This document shows, one piece after another, positions 11,526-23,398 of a stretch of 64,000 nucleotides of DNA; the first letter of the stretch is position 1, and every line of letters begins with the position of its first letter. Location of the stretch: NCBI GenBank assembly GCA_964016885.1, contig OZ024743.1:327360001-327424000 (forward strand). The letters are read 5' to 3'. The notes beneath the pieces are model-generated. The model saw only the letters and a program-made list of their open reading frames with translations. It did no database searches and was not told the DNA's origin. A program made the translations under genes and the position numbers. This stretch comes from Eledone cirrhosa. Taxonomy: Eukaryota.

Positions 11526-13271
11526 ATTTCTCCAAAATGTTTTTCTCACAAAAAAATAACAAAATCACCAATAAAAGTCAAAGTGAGGAACCATACCCAT
11601 TTATAAGAAAAATGAATGATATGTAAAGAGAAATGAAAATACAAAGACAAAAACAAGTAATGTCAAAATCTTGGAAAAGATTTCTAAATGAACGCTGACA
11701 AGCTGGTGTGATAACGCTGCGAACACCTATCAGAATTGGCGAAACAAAGGAATAACAACTCTACCCGAAATTTTTCTTATTAGAAAAATAGATGGTGAAT
11801 ACCTACAGGAAATAGAAATATATGGAAATCTAGCTTTGATACAGAAATATTTCTTCTACAATCACGAAAAGTGCGGTACGAAGACAAATTCAGACGCCGT
11901 TATAACTTACTTAAATTTCTGAATTAAGTAATAGTCAATTTCGGGAAAAACTTCAGCAGTTATGGAAACAAGATATGAAACACGAAGAACATAAATCAAT
12001 TGTGGAAAAGAAAACAACAGTGTTTGACAACTATGAACAAAACTATGGTGAAAGTTCCATAATAAAAACTAAACCACAACAGAAAAGTATGGAAAGTCAG
12101 GACAAATCAAGTGAAAGTATAAAAATATATCACAAAGAGATAGACAATGAAATCCACCAAACAAGTATCGTTAAACATGCAGAAGCCCTCGAAATAGCGA
12201 TTCAAACTCAAAGTAGAAGCACTTACACTACGAATTCAAAACGTAGCACATCCACGACAAACAAGGAAAATCTCGTTTTGAGATGGAATAAAAGATGAAG
12301 GAGACGCAGACATAACAAAGAACACAGAACATTCAGAAACTCGCGGCATACAGCCAACAATGTAGAACATTTTTAATGGACCAACATACGTGAATGAGGA
12401 TGAGGAAGAAGCTGACAAATTAGAAGATACAACACAAACAGAGAATCAGTAACATTCAGGAACTCACAAAAAGACAAACATCCTTGATACAAAGGAAAGG
12501 GATATATTACTGTAAATTCTTTTTCAGAGAGAACCTATTACAACCGGGCACCAGATCCGATGAAATAAAGACAATAAACGCACCCACAGAAAATGTTGAC
12601 CCTAAAATCAGAAAATTCTTGAAAAGAAATCTAAACAAAAATGAAAATGAATTATTATTGATGGGTTTTTAAATTTACTCCCACATCAAACATCATTGAA
12701 CTAAAAGCAGAAATCCAAAGCTTCAATTGGCGCCTCCGCCTGAAAGAATTTTCAACATTAAAAACGAATATGATTGCATTGTTTGGAATAAATCAAATTT
12801 CCCTCCGTATAGAGGGAAAGATGAACATTTAGATACCTATATTGACACAATTTCTAAATTCACCATTACTATGCATAAACAGAAACACAACCTCAGAAGC
12901 CATACAGCCATTGAAAACAGTAATTCAATTATTCTAAAAGAAGCTGACAAAGACAGCAATTGTCATTGTGGATAAGGATTTATATAAAGCTAAAATACTA
13001 GAACTAACGGATGAAAATTACAAGGAAAAAAACATACAATCTGGAGAAAACAACTCTAAATAAAATATAATCATACAGCAGTCACATTCTTTTACTGATA
13101 ATAAAATTGATTGATTATGCCACTTCTATGGATTATCAAAAATTCCTAAAAGCGCGAAAATACAGGAAGCTATTAATAGACAAAATTACTAATACAAAAA
13201 GGTACTGAGATTAGCTGATGTCAAACTGAGACCAATTGTTGAAAGACCAAAATCTCCAACACATCATTTGA

Positions 13272-13628
13272 TGTATGAAATGACATGGATTCTTGGCCCT
13301 AGGGCTACCTCCCTACTCACCACCATAAACGCTGAGCTCGCCAACCGCAGGCGTGAGCCTCGCGAGATGAAATGGCTCTTCCAGCACACTTCCCATCCTC
13401 CGAAGAAACGCCTTCTCTATTTTGTCCGCCGGGGCCGTGGGGCGGTCAGCACGTGGGACCCCATTAACTCATAATAGTGAGGGATGGGAAGGGCGAGAGA
13501 GACGGCGGCGATGACAGTGAGAGTTCGGCTCCTCTGTATTCGGACCTGGTGTACATGTGTGTGTATGTTTACTTCTATTCATTCGATATTAATTAATATA
13601 AGTACAAATTGTTTCTATGTTTCATATA
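13272..13628. mobile_element. Possible solo LTR inserted in the PLE
   Basis: GC-richer island bounded by TGTATGAAA...TTTCATATA inverted ends. No TSD found. Confidence 0.3.
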
Positions 13629-13980
13629 ATGTTTATTTTCCATCAATTTCCCCAGAGAGCACTATTTTAACAAGCTTCAACGTAACGTGTCTTTTCACTA
13701 ACATACCACGCGCATTAGGTCTAGAAGCAATCAAATACTGGACAGAAAAGCATAAAGACATAGTAAGCATTTCAAAACATTTCAGCATCAAAGTCATAAC
13801 TTTGATGGAAAAACGTTTAGACAAATAAGAGTATCAGATATGGACACAAAAGTAGTGCCTTTGTATGCTAAATATGTAATGTGATTCCTAGGTAGAAACA
13901 ACATTTGACCAAAATTTTAGAGAATACATTATCGAGAAGTAGAAATGTTTTCTTGGTGGGGGCTTTATTTATTATTATTA

Positions 13981-14795
13981 CTAGCAGAAAAACCACCCTT
14001 CGGGTGTAGTGTGTATATTGATATTATACGCAAATATATATGCATGTAGATATGATACGTCAAATAAAATCGTAATTGATATCGTAATATACACAGAAAA
14101 GTCTGCGTTACACTCTCTTCTGTAATCAGTAAAGTAATCCATGATACATTAAAAAAAGACGATATTATATATAAACTGCATTACGGCAAAATTTTATGAA
14201 AACGAAAAAGAAGAAAATTAGCGACAAAAATATAAACCTTATATAACGATGCAAATATATGAATGTTTACATAAGCGATGTAATAAGTGTTATGATATAA
14301 CGGACGCTAACGGGGTCGATAAAATAAAGTACCAGTAATGCACTGGATAATTGCTGGCCTTGTGCCTAAAGTAGAAACAATTATTTATTCGAAGTAATCT
14401 AACTTATTCAGGACGCAGTCCCGCACTCGTCCCTTTATTATATTATGATTAGCAGAATATATAGGCATGTAGATATGATACGTAAAATCGTAATTGACAA
14501 TATGCGTAGAAATTGAACGAAGTCTGTGTTACACTCTCTTCTGTAATCAGTAAAGTAATCCACGATACATTAAAAAAAGACGATATTATATATAAACTGC
14601 GTATATAGTAAACTAAAATATTATGAAAACGAAAAAGTAGAAAATTAGTGACCTAAATATAAACCTTATATAACGATGCAAATATATAAGCAATGTAATA
14701 AGTGTTATGATATAACGAACGCTAACCGGAAGTGTTGACATTTGAAAATTTTAAAGAAGTGAATCTTAAAATAAGCAATACTTTATATATAAGAA
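13981..14795 (-). mobile_element. Non-autonomous Helitron-like element with internal ~270-bp duplication
   Basis: Minus-strand 3' end CACCC-GAA-GGGTG hairpin + CTAG|T at 13981. Segment 14040-14310 is repeated at 14465-14727. The 5' end is uncertain. Confidence 0.5.
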
Positions 14796-14861
14796 TATTT
14801 ATGTTTAATCAAGTCAAGAGCTACGAAATTTAGTAGATAAATTATATAATATTCATTCATT

Positions 14862-15843
14862 ATGCTTTCCAGCATAGTTACGTCCCTTTACGGTCTGAGT
14901 TCAAATCCCGCTCAGGTTCACTTTGCCTTTCATCCTTACGGAGTCGATAAAATAAAGTACCAGTAATGTACTGGATAATTGCTGGCCTTGTGCCAAAAGT
15001 AGAAACAATTATTTATTCAAAGTAATCCAACTTATTTTACTAACGGGATAAAAAATTATAAAACGGACGCTGTCCAAGGGCGGTGGATTGGCAGTATCGG
15101 TAGAGAGTCGGACACCATGCAGTATCGGCAGCATAGAGTTACGGTCCTTTACGGTCCGAGTTCAAATCCCACCGAGGTTAACTTAACTTTTCATCCTTAC
15201 GGGGGTTGATAAAATAAAGCATCAGTAACGTACTGGGTCGATTTAATCGACTTTCCCCTCCCACCAAATTACTGGCCTTGTACCTATACCAGAAATCATT
15301 ATTACAAGGGATGGATTGGTAGTATTGGTAGAGGGTCGGACGCCATGCTTTGACGCGTAGAGTTACGGCCCTTGCCATTCTGAGTTAAAATCCCGCTGAG
15401 GTTAACTTTGCCTTTCATCCTTACGGGGTCGATAAAATAAAGTACCAGTAATACACTGGGTAATTGTAGAAACAATTATTACAAGGGCGGTGGATTGGCA
15501 GTATAGGTAGAGCAACATGCTTGAAAATAAAGTATTAATAACGTACTTGGGTCGATTTAATGCCCCCCCCCCCCCCCCGCCCTCCAAAACACACACAAAG
15601 AAAATCTGGTTGGTCTTGTGCCTAAATCAGAAACAATTTAGGGCGGTGGGTTGGCAATATAGGTAGAGCGTCGAACATCATGCTTTGCGGCATATAGTTG
15701 CGGCCCTTTACGTTCTGAGTTAACTTTGCCTTTCATCCTTACGAGGTCGATAAAATAAACGCCATTAATGCACTGAGGTCGATTAATCGACCCCCCCCCC
15801 CAATTGCTGGCCTTGTGCCTAAGTCAGAAACCATTATTATTAT
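14862..15843 (+). mobile_element. Tandem cluster of ~5 tRNA-derived SINEs (family A)
   Basis: Repeated GGCGGTGGATTGGCAGTA head, GAGTTCAAATCCC B-box, GCCTTTCATCCTTACGGGGTCGATAAAATAAAGTACC body and AGAAACAATTATT tail. Copies start near 14862, 15078, 15307, 15485 and 15641. Confidence 0.85.
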
Positions 15844-16851
15844 TTTGTTGAATAAAACAAAATGTGAACTACAAACATTTCACATTTTAAACGTTTTCCA
15901 CTCATCCATCAGAGACACAACATCAACCAGTGAGAAATAACTACTTTTGGATATTCACAAATTTATGTAACGCCAGAATTACAACAGACATAATTTCCAA
16001 AAAGACAGGTATACACCAATATGTGAACTTCCATTTATACCACATCCCTCACATACCAAACAGAACATTCCATACTTCGTGTTGATGAACTGAGAGGTTT
16101 TCTTAAACAACAAAAACACCCCTTGAATTTAAAGCAAAAGAAGTGGACATATCTAAACTTAGGACTCATAGATATTCAATTTATCAGCACTTGTGAATGA
16201 CCCAGGCGTACCAAACATAGTTACCACCATTAAGGCAAACCTGTCAATTCTATTCCAAAGCACAAAAATGAAAGAAGCTTCAATTATGAACAGCAAACAC
16301 TAACTAAAGAACTTTGCAAAAACACTTCACAAGAAGAAAATTTACATAAGAAAATAATTTCAAATTTTCTCCAAGAATGTGTATATATAGCAGATGTAGG
16401 ACATGCAGTAGCGACGTCTGTAACTATTTACAAACTGGTTCTAAATTAAGATTTAAAAAAAGCCAAAAAAAGAAAAAAGCCGGATAATCCTTTAAATTAA
16501 ATGCAGAAACGAACTGAAAAAAAATTTAATATATTTTATTGTTTGTCTCGGCTGGTCAGACTGGTAAATCTTTGTGTGAACGAGTTAGATTATACAAAAA
16601 AAAAACAGATACGAAAACCGGAACTAAAGACCAATAGGAAAACTGAATCATAAGAAGCTCTATTTAGAGATACGAAAATGCATACAAGGGACTTTCAGTT
16701 TGACTACTCTTTTAATAAAAACTAAATTTATATCTTGATAGGTCTCAAGAAAAATGAAAGCGCTAAACTCAAATTATAAAGAAGGTTATATTTTTATATT
16801 TTTAACCCAAATGATAAAAAGTGTTTGATTACCTCTGACAATTATACTTTA

Positions 16852-16901
<50 letters not shown>

Positions 16902-16931
16902 TTAAAATACAACGGGAGGAACATAATAGTA

Positions 16932-16970
16932 CCACTGATGATGTCACAGATTTGTGACGAAAGAACTTTG
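16932..16970 (+). ncRNA. Minimal hammerhead ribozyme motif (PLE-type), stem I degraded
   Basis: CTGATGA-T-GTCACA-GATT-TGTGAC-GAAA-GAACTT. Same family as 17926-17968. Confidence 0.55.
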
Positions 16971-16977
16971 ATAGATT

Positions 16978-17021
<44 letters not shown>

Positions 17022-17027
<6 letters not shown>

Positions 17028-17702
17028 GGAAAAAATGAAACGAAATTTCATTTCTCCCTCTTAGTACGGCTGTTACTTAAATATAAGTATGTATACGTAC
17101 ATACATATATGTATACAGACGTACAGTAGTATGTATATATATATATACATACATGCACACATATATATATGTACGTATGGATTCACCGAACATTTATTAT
17201 AATGCTCGGTGTGTTTATAAACAAACATCCCGAATTAAGCCGTACAGTGTCTAGCAACCATCGTTGCTCATTTGTTCAACACTGACAAGGGAACGCTGTA
17301 CTAGTTTCAAGCTTATTAGCTATCGTCAGCAACGTATACCTTCCTGTCAGATGATTGAACGTCTGAAAGTATATACTTTCCTTATGCATATTAACGGCTG
17401 AGCAGGCTAATTTGCATATCGAGTAAGTTAATCGGCCGGGCGCACCGAAAACGATAAACGGAAAAAATGAAACGAAATTTCATTTCTCACTCTTAGTACG
17501 GCTGTTACTTAAATATAAGTATGTATACGTACATACATATATGTATACAGACGTACAGTAGTATGTATATATATACATACATGCACACATATATATGTAC
17601 GTATGGATTCACCGAACATTTATTATAATGCTCGGTGTGTTTGTAAACACACATCCCGAATTAAGCCGTACAGTGTCTAGCAACCATCGTTGCTCATTTG
17701 TT
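17022..17702 (-). mobile_element. Non-coding ~430-nt unit present as a 1.6-mer with a hammerhead (retrozyme-like or PLE pLTR)
   Basis: 17022-17276 repeats almost identically at 17454-17702. Flanked by (TA)n. Hammerhead at 17293-17335. Confidence 0.75.
17293..17335 (-). ncRNA. Type I minimal hammerhead ribozyme
   Basis: ACGUUG-CUGACGA-U-AGCU-AAUA-AGCU-U-GAAA-CUAG-UA/CAGCGU. Stem I is 6 bp with one G.U; stem III is the palindrome ACUAGU; GUA cleavage triplet. Confidence 0.75.
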
Positions 17703-17899
17703 TATATATATATATTTCATTTCTGAATTTGTTTATCAAGATTCTTTGTCTGAAAACGTGTGTTGAAACCGATATTGTTATACTTTGGGAGGGTCATGTT
17801 GCCAATAAGAAACATACGCACCAGTTGCTTTCACTTCAATTTATTATAATAAATTTATAAATTTAGGAATTTATAAATTTCCGGTTGGTTGGTTGGTTC

Positions 17900-19082
17900 C
17901 ACAACCAGATGATCGTTCATATATTGTCAAAGTTCTTTCGTCACACATTCTGTGACCTCTTCAGTGACTGGGGATTCTTTTCTTTGTTTTTGTGCCTCTC
18001 CTTTGTTCTGTCCTACGCCATTTTGTTTTTGTGTGTGTTGTATGCTTAGTTTGCGCATGTGTTACATCCGGGTGTCTATGTGTGTTTATATTTGTTTATT
18101 TATTTGTTTATTTACATGTTACTGGTTGGTTGTTTGTTCTATGTGTGTGTTTTCATTTTGTCCTTAATTGTAAGTTGTGATGTTGCTGTTCCATTCATGT
18201 TTTCTATTTAATTTTGGTTGGAGTTCATTTATGTTTATTGCCTCTGTGATTTGTCTAAACATTGCGTCTTTTCTGTGTGTAGATTCTATTTTTATTTCTA
18301 TGTTCTCTAATTTACCCTTATGTTCTATTTTAGCATGTTGGTAGAGTACATATGATTCTTTACTATCTTGAAGCTCTCGCCAGTGTTCATTTATCCGTTC
18401 TCCTATACTACGAGCTGTCTCACCTATGTACACTATATTCTTATCTCTACATTGTCCTTCAGTACATCTTATGCTATATACTACATTTCTAGTTTTACAG
18501 TTAATATGGGGGCTTAATTTACAGATTATACATTTCTTATCTATACAGGGAGGTCTTTGAAAAGGGTATGTATTGCTAATAAGTGTTTTTATGGAGGTAC
18601 CTGGTCTTTCTACTATCTTAATATTGAGTTTATGTTTATCTAGGGCCCTTCTAAATTTGTAAGCTAATTCACCTCTAGGGGTTGTATCGATGAACATTAC
18701 ACTCAGGTATTTATTGCTATCATACCATGAGTTTATTCTATTAACCTTATTCCTAGTTCTTTCTATTCTATTCCAAAATTTGCTCCTATACTAGGGGTAG
18801 GTCCCATTTGTGTCATTATTTACCATTTTTTCCCATTTGGTTCTGGCTCCTCTACATACTCTTATTTTATCTCTCTGATTGTAACCAGAGAACTGCATAC
18901 GGTGGATGAAGTGTTGTATGTGTCTCTCTAGTTATTTGGGGTTGCACATGCGGGAGACGTTTCTCATCACCCGTACCAAATCCTTTTCAAAGACCTCCCT
19001 GTATAGATAAGAAATGTATAATCTGTAAATCAAGCCCCTATATTAACTGTAAAACTAGAAATGTAGTATATAGCATAAGATT
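17900..19082 (-). mobile_element. Penelope-like element 3' part: GIY-YIG endonuclease ORF (18164-18697) with inverted duplication at 18982-19080
   Basis: NCKTRNVVYSIRC...YIGETARS..ER..EH...RQITEA are GIY-YIG motifs. 18982-19080 is an inverted copy of ~18467-18566. Confidence 0.85.
17926..17968 (-). ncRNA. Type I minimal hammerhead ribozyme in the 3' pLTR of a PLE
   Basis: GUCA-CUGAAGA-G-GUCACA-GAAUG-UGUGAC-GAAA-GAAC-UU/UGAC, located downstream of the GIY-YIG ORF on the same strand. Confidence 0.7.
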
Positions 19083-19356
19083 TACTTGAAGCATTGTGTA
19101 ATGAAGCATTGTATAAACGTTTGTATTTGTAAAGCCAAAACAATTCAGGTATGGATATAGAATAAAGCCTCTTGTTGTACAGCCAACCATGTTACTCTTC
19201 ATTCTTTCACTATATATATATCAACTAATACCTTAACACTTCATACAAAGTAAAATATTTCGTTTTAATCATTTTCTAACCCAGAAAAAAAGAGAGAAAG
19301 AAATAAAAAGGGGAAAAAAATATTTTTCTTCCTAATAATCGTCTTTTTCTCCCTGT

Positions 19357-19391
<35 letters not shown>

Positions 19392-19446
19392 CAGAATTTA
19401 AAGGAGGAGAATCAAGTTACACTTATGAAATAGGTTTATTCATTTA

Positions 19447-20666
19447 CTAGCAGTGTATCCCGGCGTTGCACGGGTAAGAACATTGATAATAGCACCTCCA
19501 ATGAGAAACGTTTATTTGTGAGTGCCTGCTAAAAACTCACGAAAATATACCGACAGGAAACTTGTTTTATTTGGAGAAAATTAAGAAGTTGAAAGTACAG
19601 TTTAGCTGTCTACGTGCATTGTTTATAGAAATATTGTTGAGCCTCTTCTTTTCATACTCCTCTGTTTTGGCCTATTGGAGTAAATGCGAAAGAGAAAGTC
19701 ACAGGTTAAGTTGGCAGAATGTTCCAGTGTCATAGCAGTAAGGCGTAGGCTACTTACCTCAAAAGTTCATTCGCACTCTTTCCACTAAGTTACTATTTCT
19801 CTCTATCCCTCTCGGTGCAGTCCCTTGCAAATTTCTCGCGTAGGCCTGGTGTAGACTTACACCCGATCCATCTGACCGATGCACATGGCCACTTTGTACG
19901 GTTTTGGGAGGAAGAGGTGACCAGCAGTACGTTGTTCTGTTGTATTACGAAAAGGTGTAGCAGAGAATCCCGCGTGAACTAACAGCTCGGGAGGAAACTG
20001 CTTACCTTGAAGATTCATTCGCCATCGTTCTTGTCAACGCTCCATTTACTTTGTATTTGTTGGTCTACAGTTGGATGAATGGCGCACAAAGGGTTAACGT
20101 TTATTGGCAAGAAGTGGCAACTGGCATGGGTTGCCTCGCTTATATTATATACTAAAATAACAGATTAAAGTTTAAGCAAAGAATCGCTGCTTTCACCGTT
20201 AACGCGATCTTCTGAAACTAAAAAAAATCAATCTGTGAACGCAGAAGTAAATATTTCGAAAAACGTTCCAACCGAAGGAAAACAGGAAGACGATACTTTG
20301 GTTCGTGAAGACGTTCCCTGGTAATGAATGGAAATTAACGAACATAATACGTCATCAATGTTTGTCATAATGTCGTAATGCAGACAGCCATACATACAAA
20401 GTACCAGTAATACACTGGGATAATTGGTGGCCTTGTGCCAAAAGTAGAAACAATTATAAGGAGGCGACGGAGATCGATAACCGGCGCCTAACACCCCTTT
20501 AACAACAGACAATTGAAAAATAAAAGCTGTAGTTAATATCTTTAGACCGCAAGGAATACATAAATGCAAGTTTGAAGTCAATCGGAGTAGAAATGTGGAT
20601 TTGTATAGACTTTGCAAACATGAGGGGACACACACAGACAACTACAGTCTTATATATATGTATAGA
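19447..20666 (-). mobile_element. Non-autonomous Helitron carrying nested PLE-pLTR and SINE pieces
   Basis: 5' A|TCTATAC at 20666. 3' CCCGTGCAACGCCGGG hairpin + CTAG|T at 19447. No TSD, insertion between A and T. Confidence 0.7.
20169..20219 (-). ncRNA. Hammerhead-fold motif with variant core (CAGAAGA)
   Basis: AGUUU-CAGAAGA-stem II-GAAA-GCAG..UUGC-UU/AAACU. Second copy at 39958-40008, partial copy at 52890-52938. Confidence 0.5.
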
Positions 20667-20669
20667 TAA

Positions 20670-20740
<71 letters not shown>

Positions 20741-21078
20741 CTAAACGGACGCTAGTCCGTTTAGTAATATTGTTGTGGTCGTGTTTTCGTTGGCAATCGT
20801 CTGCTTACGACAGTACAGCGCAGTTCTACTTTATTTAACTGAGATAAAACTTATATGAGCATGAACAGTAGATCATTACGCATCTTTTGGCTTAAAAATC
20901 TAGAAATTTGGTCCAGCGGGAAAAAGTTTATAATCAAAGTTTGCTGATAAATCTTGTGTTCAAGTGAGTGAGTAGTAAGCGTGACGCTAGGGGAGGTAAT
21001 CCAGAAATGACGTAGCTTTGTCATTAAGCCAGTTGCCTCAACTAGATTGCAATTATACTCAAAAGAACTTTAAAATGT

Positions 21079-21185
<107 letters not shown>

Positions 21186-21242
21186 CATTTCACGTCTGCT
21201 TGCCATGCTAACACACACACGCGCATGCACGCACGTACATAA

Positions 21243-21975
21243 GACGGCAAAAGGACTAAGTCCTCAGAACGTCAGATAGAAGGCTTAGCAATAGTCGTTC
21301 CAGCTCAGAATGCTGAGTTCAAATCCCGCCGAGGTCAACTTTATCTTTCATCCTTTCGAAGTTGATAAAGTACCATTCCAATATCAAGGGCGATTCTTTT
21401 TCTATATCTCTTTCTCTTTCACTCTACCACACTCTTTCTTTCTAACCCCCCACCCCCACCCCGACACACATATTCCCTTTCACTGGAAGAAATCGACTTT
21501 GTAAAGTGGTTGATGTTAGGAAAGGATTTTAGCCGTTGAAACTGTACCATAGGATCGAGAGGACCCTCTAGTTAATGCATGGCAACATCTCTAGTGCTGG
21601 TGCCACGTAAAATGAACCCAATACACCCTGTAAGGTGGTTGGTGATAGGAAAGGCTTCAAACTGTAGAAACCGTGTCAAAAAGGGTCAAAAGGTTTCTTC
21701 AGTTGTGCCAAGTGTATGACAATCTCTCTTGTGTTGGTGAACTACACGATAAATGCACCTAGTACACTCTGTAAAGTGGTAGGCGATGACAGCCTCTCTA
21801 TGGCTGGTGTCATGATAAAATGCATCCGATGCATCCTGTACATTACAAGAAAGTATGTAAGTGAGAAACAGGCTCCCGGCCCATCTGAGAGGTCAATAGC
21901 CCCGATTAAATACTGACTTGATCCGTGGTGACCCGTTCAACCTTGCTAGCAGGGAAAATGGTTAAATGATGACGA
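21243..21975 (+). mobile_element. SINE (family A) followed by degenerate repeats with RTE-like tail
   Basis: B-box and body motif at 21313-21375. Repeated CTGTAAAGTGGTTGG..AGGAA.GG units and a (GAC/GAT) tail. Confidence 0.6.
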
Positions 21976-21978
21976 TGA

Positions 21979-22046
<68 letters not shown>

Positions 22047-22101
22047 GTGGGAAAGTAAGAAATCGGAGAATAGACCGTTAAAACATGTTTATTTAAAACA
22101 G

Positions 22102-22141
22102 CACCTACGTACGTTTCGCCCAGTTGGGCTTCTCAAGGGCA
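22102..22141 (-). ncRNA. Hammerhead-fold motif with variant core (CUUGAGAA)
   Basis: UGCC-CUUGAGAA-GCCCA-AC-UGGGC-GAAA-CGUACG-UA/GGUG with a palindromic stem III. Lies in a short repeat between (TA)n arrays. Confidence 0.45.
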
Positions 22142-22235
22142 TAAATAACCAAAAGTGTTCCTTACATTGCTCGGAAAGAGTTTTGGGGGTTAAATTCACG
22201 TCAAGGTTCATTGCTCGCAAAAATAGCTTGTTTTG

Positions 22236-22275
<40 letters not shown>

Positions 22276-22283
22276 GATATATA

Positions 22284-22339
<56 letters not shown>

Positions 22340-22492
22340 TATATATCTATGTGCGCGCGCGCGCGCGTGAGTGTACGTGGAAAACACTTTACATTTTACA
22401 CAAGCTCGAGTAAAATGTAAAGTAAATGTAAACCTATTTTTTTAATTGTTTTTCATCGTTGACCTTGTAACTATACCCACATACACACACGC

Positions 22493-22975
22493 ATACATAC
22501 ATACATACATACATACATACATACATACATACATACATACATACATACATACATACATACATGGTGGCTGCCAACTCGTTTTCGAGTACGACCACTACTT
22601 TATATCCATGTAGGAGAACCCCTACCGATGCGCTGAACGAGTGTGACTTTTTAGTCCAGCCAGCGACTTGAAAACTCTGGTACAAACACTACACTTGTGA
22701 CAACTATTGACACATAGTGTTGGGCCCATGGTACCATGTGACGACAAGTGCGGAGAGATCTCCAGATATAAAGCAATGCCTGTGCCGTGAAGCTTTTATA
22801 GTGAGCAAAGGCACTGCACAAAGCCAGTCCCACTCTCTTAACCAAGATGATATTTACCAAAAAGAAGAACTAGTCAACATCATTGGATACCATCAGGGTT
22901 GCAGGTGTTATATCAGAGTTTTCCTTCTCCTAGAATTCTGCCTTGACAAAGGCTAAGGGGTCATCTCTCCCATGA
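22493..22975 (-). mobile_element. Short non-autonomous RTE-derived element (5'UTR-like head fused to a C2H2-coding 3' end, (ATGT)n tail)
   Basis: Head contains TCTAGGAGAAGGAAAACTCTGA. The 3' part encodes KCSVCTRVFKSLAGLKSHTRSAHR*. (TACA)n at 22493-22560. Confidence 0.5.
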
Positions 22976-22989
22976 TGTATATATATATA

Positions 22990-23069
<80 letters not shown>

Positions 23070-23077
23070 TATATATC

Positions 23078-23116
<39 letters not shown>

Positions 23117-23164
23117 ATACATACATACATACATACATACATACATACATACATACGCGCGCGC

Positions 23165-23195
<31 letters not shown>

Positions 23196-23292
23196 CATAC
23201 AATCTATATATTTTTAAAGCACGCGTTACAAAAGCAACAACAACGAACACACAAACAAAAATCGATTAATAAAATGTGTAATTTCATCTTAC

Positions 23293-23398
23293 ATTGGAAT
23301 GCACTCTCAGCTACGTCTCTTTCATCAATGGCTATAGCTATGACACGACTATCTTTTTGGTCTGATTCCATGGCTGCTGATTCTGGTGCCGCGGCCAT
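23293..23398 (-). CDS. USP gene, first coding exon
   Basis: ATG at 23398 gives MAAAPESAAMESDQKDSRVIAIAIDERDVAESAFQ, then T|GTAAGA donor. RVIAIAID is USP beta-strand 1, and T plus GG from exon 2 gives the conserved W. Joined CDS is 164 aa with no stops. Confidence 0.88.

Larger units (their letters stand above)
11640..16800 (+). mobile_element. Decayed Penelope-like element (RT to GIY-YIG), interrupted by SINE, Helitron-like and LTR-like insertions
   Basis: Dispersed PLE motifs in order: LL.MG.KFTP, IILKEADK, LRPIV..PKSPT, SFNVTCLFTNIP.ALGLEAIKYW, GTKVVPLYA, ...YHIPHIP, then a GIY-YIG-like remnant near 16540. Many stops and frameshifts. Confidence 0.7.

Noticed and set aside
17408-17445. Octamer ATTTGCAT plus GGCCGGGCGC resembling a 7SL/snRNA gene start
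   Set aside because: The match is only about 10 nt and does not extend.
20741-20805. 10-bp palindrome and CAGACGA...GAAA hammerhead-like motif
   Set aside because: No stem I or III and no UH site could be formed. The palindrome alone is uninformative.
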